Assembly: GCF_963676685.1 (NCBI RefSeq)
Contig: NC_092352.1
Location: forward strand, 20,646,001 to 20,710,000
Source of the DNA: Mytilus edulis
Taxonomy: Eukaryota
DNA length: 64,000 bases
Direction of reading: 5' to 3'
Translations under genes and position numbers: made by a program
In this document: positions 27,301 through 37,497 of the stretch, one piece after another
Layout: every line of letters starts with the position of its first letter
Numbering within the stretch: the first letter of the stretch is position 1
Notes under the pieces: generated by a model
The model's database searches: none
The model's input: only the letters and a program-made list of their open reading frames with translations
What the model was told of the DNA's origin: nothing

Positions 27301-28277
27301 AATTGAATTGATATATATTTTTGCTCTCCATTTTTATGCAAAACCTTTTACATTTTTATTCTATGGGTTATTGTTGAAGGTCGTACGATGACGTATGGTT
27401 GTTAACACATACTTCCTTTGGTTTCTTATGGAAATTTGTCCATTGACAACAAACATACCACATCATCTACTTTATATAAGTATTGTATAATTTACAAAGT
27501 ATTTTGGTGATCTTGCAAAATGATCGTAATCCCGAAAATCGTAAACATATTTTCTTATCTTAAAAGGGTGCAAGAAGGGTTCCATAAACAGGCCAATAAA
27601 TAAGATTACAGTTAATTAAAAAAAAATATATATAGGGGTATTTTTTGTCTCATAATAACAGTAAACAGATTCACAACAATGTCAATTTCAAGAAAGCAGA
27701 CAACAGTTAATTAGCCAATAACAGTACAGCATCAATGATCTTGAATATATGCCACTTTTAACTAAAATATAAAGGCACAGAACCAGGACATAGGAGCACA
27801 GAACCAGGACCGTTTTTCTTATCACCAGCACAGCGTCAGGACAATTCCGTTTAACGAACTTGCACGACTTTTGCAATATAATATTGTTGTAATATACTTT
27901 GCATGGTACTTATGACGCATCAGAGAAAAATTAAGCAACAAAACAGTCGTTTTATTGCCGTTCTGATACAATGTAAACAAACCCACCAGCACAGAATCAG
28001 GACCACCAGCACCTGACAGGACCAAATCACCAGCACAGAACGTTCTCTCGCAGGACAACCATACCCACCGTGAAAATAATCATTTTAAGTAATGTGTAAA
28101 CAATAAAACTCTCAATTCAGTGTTTTTAATAAACAAACAAAAGTATGGTTTTCCCAAATTCCAATTCCTCTGCCATTAATTTGACAGATTATTCCTATGA
28201 AAATAAATTATCTTTATGTGTAAACGATACCAATATTTACCCCCCAAAATACGTTTTTATACGTTAAATATTTACAG

Positions 28278-28412
28278 ACATTATCAAATCCAAATTATCA
28301 AGGTTTACTAGAAGCGGCGAGAGATGGTTTCCTCACTAGAGATGAGATTGAGAGATTTGCACCCGACACACCATCTCCTAATGACGTGGAATGTTATGTA
28401 GAAGTTGAAAGG
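28278..28412 (+). CDS. Small putative secreted protein, exon 2
   Basis: TTTACAG| ... |GTACGT; 135 nt, phase 0-0, open: TLSNPNYQGLLEAARDGFLTRDEIERFAPDTPSPNDVECYVEVER; GC-richer island in AT-rich DNA. Confidence 0.65.
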
Positions 28413-29549
28413 GTACGTTTACAAAAGAGAGACGAAGGATACATTTTATTAAGGGACACTTAAAATTCAAATCGAAAAAAAAATGACAACGCCATGACTA
28501 AAAAATAAAAAGACCAACAGACAAACAACAGCACACAAAACAAAATATAAAATTACAAAGACTAATGAATCTTAGAATTAATCAAACAGAAATCTTCTGT
28601 CATATTTTTTTTGTTTTTTCTGGCGTTTTTTCCCGTGTTTTTTTTTTATATATTTTTCGTTGTTTTGCTTTTAGGAGGGGCTGCTTAATTGTCGATACCA
28701 ACAAAAACGTCTTTGAATGAATTATTTGATATGAAACTAGACCATCGCAAACCCCGATGCATTGTCTCGAATGTACATGATAAATTGCTGGAATTTACAA
28801 TCACAAAATGAAAATAGTTATGGTTCTTTTACAAGAATTACATATGAAACAACCAATCAGTGAATGATTATCATAGCATAGACAACACCTTAAATGTATA
28901 TGAAAAAACGTCAGTAACATATCTAATAACTTCTGTTGAGGTACAAAAGAGAGAATGCTGCTCTGATTAAAACCGGTTCTATGAACGTTATTTCTGTCAA
29001 ATTTAAAAATGTAACTAAAATGCACTCTATTTATATTATAACAACATGTATTGCAAATATAAAAATAAGGAGATGCAACATGATTGCAATTGAGACGTGT
29101 ATTCATAGACAAAAAGGACAAATATGAAAACAACATATAGTCACGTACAGATTTCAAGAAGATTTCTATGAAGAAATAACATAAAAAATGTGGTGCACAC
29201 TGAATAATGCACGTTTACACATAAATCCATTTTAAACCGGAGTAAATCATGAAAAAAACGTTGATGACTTCACGGTCACATGACAAAATTATGTCTATGG
29301 GCTGATAAACAAAACTGCGTCAGCCAATCAGAAGACACGTTACATCCAAAATTTAATTATTAAGCTATAATATCAGGTATGGCAGTATGTGAAACAATTC
29401 AAAAAAGAAAACCAACGATCAGACGAACATTACAACAATAAACAAAAATCAAATATGTATACAACAATCAACGACAACGTCTGGATTACAAGTTTCTGTC
29501 TTGAAGTCTTAATTCTGTTTTGGATTTATTGTATCGTTGTTTTTTTTAG

Positions 29550-29684
29550 AGAATTGGAGGACGCTGTGTAAATTTTGGAAGAACAAATTATAGAATATGT
29601 CAAGCCGGAGCATACTCGGGACCTTTGTTAAATACCCAGTGCGGGAGACAAGTCAACACAAGCACTGACCCACCAAGACCTTAA
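29550..29684 (+). CDS. Small putative secreted protein, last exon (Cys-containing)
   Basis: Acceptor TTTTTTTTAG|AGA; RIGGRCVNFGRTNYRICQAGAYSGPLLNTQCGRQVNTSTDPPRP-TAA; paralogous exon at 44582. Confidence 0.7.
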   Translation, partial: RIGGRCVNFGRTNYRICQAGAYSGPLLNTQCGRQVNTSTDPPRP

Positions 29685-30020
29685 ATCAATCAGTTTACTG
29701 TATATATAGAAATATACACAACTGACAATGTGAAATTTGTTAACAATCTATCTTTATGTAGTCATCGTTTCACTTCAAATATATTAAATGTTTATACAAA
29801 CGATATTGAATTTAACTAACACTATAAACTCATATACGTTTCAAAAAATATACTTTTCAATTTTGAATTAAATAGAGTTTTACACCACACAATCAATATG
29901 CTTCTGATGAATAACCTTACAAAATTAAAGGCTATGTCTTTCAAAAAATAAACATGGATTTGTAGACTTTCATAGAAATTATGAATTAAATTCAAGGAAT
30001 CGTGTAGATATATTTTGTAA

Positions 30021-30218
30021 ATAAAATTGAGAAAGGAAATGTGGAATGTGTCAAAGCGACAACAACCCGACCATAGAGCAGACAACACCCGAAGGTCACC
30101 AATGGGTCTGCAATGTAGCGAGAAACTCCCGCACCCGTAGGTGTCCTTCAACTGACTCCTTAAAAATATGTATACTAGTACAGTGATAATGGACGTCATA
30201 CTAAACTCCGAATTATAC
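30021..30218 (-). mobile_element. 3'-terminal fragment of Naiad family 3
   Basis: Near-identical to 46459-46655; more diverged copies at ~2750-2860 and ~61783-61935. Confidence 0.75.
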
Positions 30219-30495
30219 TTGATTTCTACGCTTCTATTTATAAAGTAAGTTATGCAAGCACTGATTCTGTCTAGCAATTCAGATAACAATAAAAAAAAAT
30301 TACTGTAAAATATGGAAACAACAGGTTATTCCTTATCATTGTCTAACAACAAACAGCTAATATTTTTAGTAGTGTACACAAAACGAATGTCAAGAATGAA
30401 ACAATGTTCGCATTCGCAGCATTACTGCCTTTAGTCGCTACAAGAAAACTTGAAGTTACTGTTAGACTGCCATTGTTTGGTGCTGGTTTTATAAC

Positions 30496-30663
30496 TTACA
30501 AATGACAGATCGTTGAATAGATATCGATACTTCTGAATGTGTCTGTTATATAATTTTCTTTGATATTTGGACCTCTAGCAAGAAATATTGGTTTCATACT
30601 ATTTAGACGGTTATCATAACCATGAGCGCCTCTCCCACGATACAATGATGCTAATGTTTTGTT
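30496..30663 (-). CDS. ENPP4-7-like phosphodiesterase copy A, exon 3 (premature TAA; homologous frame continues to 30343)
   Basis: Acceptor TTTCAG|AAC; NKTLASLYRGRGAHGYDNRLNSMKPIFLARGP...ICHL-TAA, then in frame VIKPAPNNGSL...FLTFVLCTLLKILAVCC-TAG. Confidence 0.85.
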   Translation of the reverse strand, partial: NKTLASLYRGRGAHGYDNRLNSMKPIFLARGPNIKENYITDTFRSIDIYSTICHL

Positions 30664-31263
30664 CTGAAATAGGAAACAACATGCAACATTCATTATCATA
30701 TTATCTGGGATTGCAGTACCGGAACAAGCCAGGACTATAGATAGTCTTCTGTATTCATATTATTATAACTTTAATTTAGGAAAGGACTCTATCTAAGTTG
30801 TGATAATTTGTGTCTGATCCTATTTGTTATAGGCAATAAAATAAATATGTTTTAATGAACTGTATATAAACGTGGTGTCTTCTATACGTTTCAAATTTAA
30901 ATCAAATATTGTATGAAAGCTTGATTTCATAAATGCAGGACAATTAATTTCAACTTTATTTTCAGTAAACAAAGCCGTTAATGTTCCTAGTAGTAAGTTG
31001 GTCATGATAAATATAATTTATTCGCTGTAAGAGAATAAGCCATATCTAAGATACACTCGAGGAAATACTCTAGCATTGTCTTAATAATTTTTTGGTAAAT
31101 AAAGGCAACAGTAGTATACCGCTGTTCGAATGTAAAAAATTAATTGAGAGAAAACAAATCCGGGTTAAAAACGTAAACCGAGGGAAACACATCAACTATA
31201 AAAGGAAAACAATGAAAAACTGAGAAACAATGAAGTGCAACAAAAATCAAACGACAATGCAAC

Positions 31264-31447
31264 ATTACCTTAGCTGTATTTTGCAAAACTTTTAGGAATT
31301 TTGGTCCTCAATGCTCTTCAACTTCGTACTTTATTTGGCCTTTTTAACTTTTTGGATTCGAGTGTCATTGGTGAGTCTTTTGTAGACGAAACGCGCGTCT
31401 AGCGTAAATACAAAATTTGATCCTGGTATCTATGATGAATTTATTTA
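31264..31447 (+). mobile_element. Retrozyme-like fragment with degenerate hammerhead, nested in a Naiad 3'-end fragment (~31097-31510, minus)
   Basis: GAGTGTCA TTGGTGA GTCT TTTGT AGAC GAAA CGCGCG TC TAGCGT at ~31360-31405; flanks match 37498-37700. Confidence 0.7.
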
Positions 31448-31698
31448 CACACACAGAAACGAACTATAAGATAACAATTGTAATTCACTGACTTGGTACA
31501 GCACATATGAAAAAATGGAAACATAGACTTTTACACCACTAAGGTGGATATTTGTCTCTTTACCAGTTGATACTATATTAAACTCATTGTGAGACCGAGT
31601 AGAAGCAGTACAGACAGTCCCTATTTTTTAAAGGAAATTAACTTTTAATTGCTCTTTTCTAAATGCCATATGTACCATCATAAAATAGTTTTACTTAC

Positions 31699-32429
31699 TT
31701 TTGTGATTGACCATCCTTCTTCGGCAAGCAGAAATACTGGCATAATGCGTCTGTTATTTCTGTAGTGCCAGTGATAGGGTATTTCTTCCTTCTTGAAAAC
31801 TGAAAGATGTGAAACCTTCCGAAGACTGCGGACAACATTATCTATCTGTCCTAAAATAGGTTGGACTTGCATTATTGGACCGTTATCCACAGTAAACTGT
31901 ATTTTGCTCATATCCACATGATCTGTAATGTCCACTACTTTGTTAGCAGTATCTATAGTTGTCATTCCATGATCGCTGGTCAATATCAAATTCACCTTGT
32001 TCGTGAGAGTATGCGAGTCAAATTTATCCAAAAGATATCCTAAAATCTTATCCATAGCTTTAACCTTGTCAATAATCTGAGGCGAATCTGGACCATAGGC
32101 ATGTCCAGTGGCATCCGGTTCATGGAAATACAGAAGTACAAGATCTATTTGTTTATCTGTCAACCATTTTATAGCAGTATCAATACGATTTTTGAAAGGC
32201 ACTGATTTTTTATACGGCTTCCAAATGTTTGGTCTGTAACCCCTGATTTCGGCCTCACTTCCTGCCCAGAAATACGTGGCACTTGTCAGGTTTTGACGAC
32301 GTGCAGTTACCCATAGTGGTTCTCCACCATTCCACCATCTCGTTTCGTGATTTCTCAAGTTGAAAGTGCTGTTGAAAACTGGATCATACATTTTATTCCC
32401 AATGATCCCATGGCTCTCTTCATATAGAC
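31699..32429 (-). CDS. ENPP4-7-like phosphodiesterase copy A, exon 2
   Basis: 731 nt, TAG|GT ... AAA|GTAAGT; motifs GLYEESHGIIGN, WWNGGEPLW, YFHEPDATGH, TSDHGM (Zn ligands of the alkaline-phosphatase superfamily). Confidence 0.95.
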
Positions 32430-34499
32430 CTACAATTTAACAATATCATTGTTTCAAAGACAGAACTTTGCTCAAAGTCTGTCAACGAGTGAGAAGTTTA
32501 ACTAGCTATAAAACCAGCCATTTGTTACCAAAAAATGCCTATACCAAGTCAGGAATATGACAGATGTTATCCATTCGTTTGATGTGTTTGAGCTTATGAT
32601 TTTGTCATTTGATTACGGACGTTCATTTTAATTTCAGTTTTTCTCGGAGTGCGGTTATTTTGTTATTTTACTTTTTTTCAAACATTTAGCAACGTCTAAA
32701 ATACATGAATATCAGTACAACTACAGATAACCATTATAATTCCAACAACCCACAAAGACCTATACTCTACAGATTAAAGTGTTCGCGCTAAGCTTCACTA
32801 GGAAAATTCAACAGACTTTTTATTTAGTTTGCATTCTTTGATTGGTATGATATGCATGTGTTTGCAATCTATTTATTTTTTAATAAGAGTAATACTTTCA
32901 TGCCAATTTTGTTGCAATATATAACAATTTTAAAGGTGTTTCTTCATTCATTTATTAAAAGCACAGACACTTGTCTCAGAAAAAATATCATATATACCTT
33001 AACATAATATAAAGGTATATAAAAAGAAAACAATTGAGACAAGTGCTTGTGAATAAAAGTTCACATTTAATACGGTTTATCTCATTTAAAAGATAAACCA
33101 ATTTAATGAAAGAGCCTTGATTAATTGCGTTATTTTGCCGCCAAAGAACTATTGCATCATTCGGATCCGTATCTTGTTTTTTGCTATTTAACTTCAAATG
33201 ACTCTTCAGCCTTACATTTAACTAGCCGCTCTTGCATGTAGACTAGTGAAAGTTTCAAAAATGAATTAGTACCAGTTTGCGCTTAACTGTTTCGTGACAT
33301 CAGCTTTCGAAGTGAACTGTGGTCGTTATTTTCCGCATAAATTATTTGTTTGTTTTACTTTGCCTTAAACTTGATTCTTTTATCAAAATTAATCCTATTG
33401 AATATCGCTTTTAAAGTAGTAATTAAGGGCGTACGATGAAATAAAAAAAAATAACGAATTAAAAATTGATACTCGAAATTGGAAGAGCATTAGTTGCGGA
33501 ACCAAATAAGCTACAAAAATATTGATAGGTTATTGAGCTCCTTTTCAAGTTTTTATATTTTTTTCTAAATGGATGGGAACAGGAAAATAGTTAAAATATC
33601 CCTGCTACAAACAATTTTCAGTTATGTAAATATTGCGTTAATTGCAACCTGGAACGTCATTTCAACCCCACGTATATATAAACACGTCGATCTTAACTAT
33701 CAACATCGGATCAAGTAAAAGTAGGTTGAGGCGGATATTAAATCATTTTTGTATACAAAGAAACAGCTGGACTGTTAATCAACAGTAATTTCCTCTGTGG
33801 TAAATATCTATTCGGTGATGTTTCTTTACATATGCTGACTTGCGATAATCAGAATAAGATTAAAAAAATCTCGATAGAAAGCCGAAGCAGTTATAGATAT
33901 AGGAAGATGTGGCATGAGTGCCAATGGGACAAATCTCCATCTTAGTCACAATATATAAAAGTAAACCATTATAGTCTAGTCTAGTATTATTTTTATTATA
34001 GAATTGGGATATGAGCAATACTAGGTCACCGTAAGCAAAATAAAACGTAAAGTATAGCTTTAAATGGCACCGGCGTGACACAATGTGAAATAATTCACAC
34101 GAAAAAATCAACGGCACCGTTTCTGCTTGAATAAAAAGGCGAAAATCACTACAAGTATAGCAGACAGAAACCATGCATCGACAATCACTGCATTACAGAT
34201 GTTTGACTTGAGATATGTCCAATTAGTTTATTTTGTAAGTCAATTACTTTCAAGGAGTTATAAGGAGTACAACAGATGAAGTCACGTCCAAACTTATCGA
34301 ACAATCGAATTATCAATCAATTATTATTATTTAACAAGGAGTGTTTGTGATAGTTTAGTATGTATAGGTGATACATATATAATAATGTTCAATAGAAACA
34401 AAGTAACTCTCGTTCAAAACTTACGACGCTTTTGTTTAACACTCCACAAATGTCAATACTGTTATTTTGAATATATAAGTCTTGTCACAGTATCAACTC

Positions 34500-36351
34500 T
34501 AAGTACACAGAACTGAAACGTGAGGTACAGAAACAAATACGCAAGGCATACTGGAGATATATTGAAGACATAGTCACACCAAGCAGTGAAAGTAATGAAA
34601 AACCAAATTGTATGAAGCGCTTCTGGTCATATATAAAACATAAAAAATCTGATGGAAGTAACATACCACCACTAAAATCAGATGGCCTGCTTCACAAAGA
34701 TTCATCTGAAAAGCCAATATATTAAACCAGCAGTTCAAAGATGCAGTTTCCAGTAATCAGAATTTACCAGCTCAGAATACAAACAGAGATGCAAAATGAC
34801 TGGGAACTTTGAAACAGCAGCAGACATAAACATAACAGAAAATGGAATAAAACAGCTACTGTTAGCACTCACCCGCTTAAAGCAGCAAGCCAAGATATCT
34901 TGACAGCTAGAGTACTTAAAGAGATGGCTTTACGTATACTAAGTAACCCCAATCGTAACAATGATATATCGAAGATTATATAAAAAATGGTATACCAACG
35001 ATATGGAAAACAGCAATGTATGTCCAATTTTTAAAAAAAGAAAAATATTTGAAGCCATCAATTATAGACCTGTATCTCTTACCTCAATCTGCTGCAAAAT
35101 TATGGAGCATATTGTCACCAGCCACATAATGAATCATGATAGATATAACATCCTATACAAGATGCAGCACGATATAGAAAACAATTGTCATGCGGAAACC
35201 AACTAGTGGAGTTCATTGACGACATAACGAGGAACCTTGATAACAGACTACCTCATCATAGATTTCTCGAAGGCAATCGACAAAGTAAGCCACAGCCTCC
35301 TGATCCATAAACTTGACCATTATGGAATTAGAGGAAAAACAAATACTTCAATAAAAGGCTTATTCTCTGATAGAACACAGTGCGTTGTCATAGAAAGGGA
35401 GAAGTCTGACTCCATAAATGTAGAGTCCGGAGTCTCACAGGGATCTGTACTAGGACCAAGCCTCTGCCTCTTCTACATCAATGACATACCGGAAAACGTT
35501 TCATCAACAGTGAGGCTATTTGTAGATGACACCATTGCGTACTTCACTGTATCATCAGAAAGCAACATCCTACAAGAAGACCTAAATAAGCTAGCCACAT
35601 TGGAAGATCAATGGATGATGCAGTTCCATCCTGACAAATGTGTTGTTCTGCCAATAACCAAAAAGAAGGACCCTTTACATAATAATTACATTCTCTACGG
35701 CCACAACTTAGAACATGTATCATCAGCCAAATATCTAGGAGTCACCATAACATCTGATCTAAGGTGGGGTTTTCATATACATAACATTTCTCAGAAAGCG
35801 AATAGGACAATAGGATTCCTTAAAAGAAACTTAAATATAGCTAGCAGTGAGATCAAGGAAAATGCATATACAGCTTTAGTAAGACCAACAATTAAATATG
35901 CGATTTCAGTTTGGGATTCTCACCTTCAAAAAGACAAGCATAAACTATACATGATTCAGCGAAGATCAGCAAGGTATGTAACAAACAGGTACTTCAACAC
36001 ATCATCAATTGAATCCATGCTACACAAACTAAAATGGCCAACACTAGAAGAGAGAAGAAAGAATGCTAGACTAACCCTCTTATATAAAATCTCAAATGAG
36101 GAAGTAAAGGTTGATGCTGGCGACAAACTAATACCACCAGACAGATTATCAAGACATGAATGTTCACTCTTTCCAAATATCAGCATGCAAGTCCAGCATC
36201 AGGAAAGAGTCCTTCTATCCACGTACAATAAGATTTTTTGTTTAAATTATTTTTTAACTTATTAAGTTTGCAAGCACACACCAAACAGTGACAGGATAGC
36301 CAACCTAATGACGGTGGTCACTTAGTGGTAGAAGTAGAAGTAGAAGTAGAA
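34500..36351 (+). mobile_element. 5'-truncated, frameshifted CR1/L2-group non-LTR retrotransposon (RT) in ENPP-A intron 1
   Basis: NYRPVSLTSICCKIMEH, DFSKAIDKV, SGVSQGSVLGP, LFVDDT, KYLGV, KANRTIGFLKRNL; 3' tail (GTAGAA)4 at 36328-36351. Confidence 0.9.
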
Positions 36352-36938
36352 ATCACCATAACAGCTGTAAAGGCAGTAGCCAAAGAAATAGAAATATATG
36401 CAGATGGACATTTTTTATTGGCAGAAAATTGTTTTTACAGCTTAAGAGCGTATCCTAGAACATGTTGATGCGTATACATTTTATGTTTTCATCATGTAGT
36501 TAGCTTATATCCTGCATGGCGTGTATGCTTATATGTCTAGAATTATAGAAGGACTGAAACATAAATTAAAAATTTAAAAAATGGAAAAAAATGAAGTCGA
36601 TCTCCCAACAACCTCATGCGATCTTTTATCTTTAAAAGTCTTCTAAACAAATATCAACCTAATTAGAAAAACAAACTATTCTTTTAAATAAAATTCAAAA
36701 AACACGTCTTTGAATAGTATTGGTGTTGTTTTAGTTCTCTCGAATATAATCCACACAAACACAAATTTTACACATTTTCCTTCTGAAACTCTTTTTGATT
36801 GATTAAGGATTAAATAATTCAATTTACAAAAAAAAACCACATGTACACAATTGATGAAAGTTCGATGACTTACCTTCTAGCCCAATGTTTCCAAAATAAC
36901 TCTTTGTAAAAGCAAAGATTGTTCTCAATATAACTTAC

Positions 36939-37158
36939 CTGTAACTATAGAATAATGGCTGGGGAATGTCTTCGTTATAAAGGTGTTATTAATGTATATG
37001 GCTTTAGTTCCATGTCGAGCAAGACGATCAAAGTTTGGAGTGGAAACTTTCGTCAAATAGTCCCATCTGAAGCCATCCATAGAAACTAACAACACTTGAA
37101 TACAGTTAATATTAATGACGAACATGGACGCAAGGACTAAAAGCACAAATTTGTCCAT
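36939..37158 (-). CDS. ENPP4-7-like phosphodiesterase copy A, exon 1
   Basis: Signal peptide MDKFVLLVLASMFVININC, LLVSMDGFRWDY, catalytic-Thr motif TKTFPSHYSIVTG; donor G|GTAAGT. Confidence 0.95.
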
Positions 37159-37199
37159 CTTTGTTTCTAGTATACACGTTACCTTGTACATTCATTACA

Positions 37200-37440
37200 T
37201 ACTATAAACAATCATTACATATCCTATAAACATATACACTTAATTCAGATTAAACTGTTCGGTGCCATACATATTATACATACAGGAAGGATATCTTCTC
37301 TTGTAGTTTTCGCCTCTTTTGCATAATTATGCAAAGTAGAAATGTGATGCGCCTTACATGACTAAGTGTTTCTAGTGCCGGGAAAAATCTTTTAACTTAT
37401 TAAACATGTGCATTTATTAATACAAGAAGGCAATTTAAAA
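37200..37440 (-). promoter_or_regulatory. Conserved upstream region shared by the ENPP paralogs (matches ~57200-57390)
   Basis: Colinear blocks CAATCATTACATAT, AGATT.AACTGTT, ATACAGGAAGGATA, AAATGTGATGC.CCTTA and TTTCTAGTGCC in both copies. Confidence 0.55.
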
Positions 37441-37497
37441 AAGAAAAATCGTTAACCTGCTAAAATGAAGTAAAATACACTAGAAATATAATACACT

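Larger units (their letters stand above)
22650..28072. mobile_element. Non-autonomous Transib-like DNA transposon (5.4 kb including nested insertions)
   Basis: 48-bp perfect TIRs starting CACGGTGGGTATGGTTGTCCTGCGAGAGAACG; 5-bp TSD AAAAT (22645-22649, 28073-28077); subterminal GTGCTGGTG/GTCCTG repeats; no transposase ORF. Confidence 0.75.
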
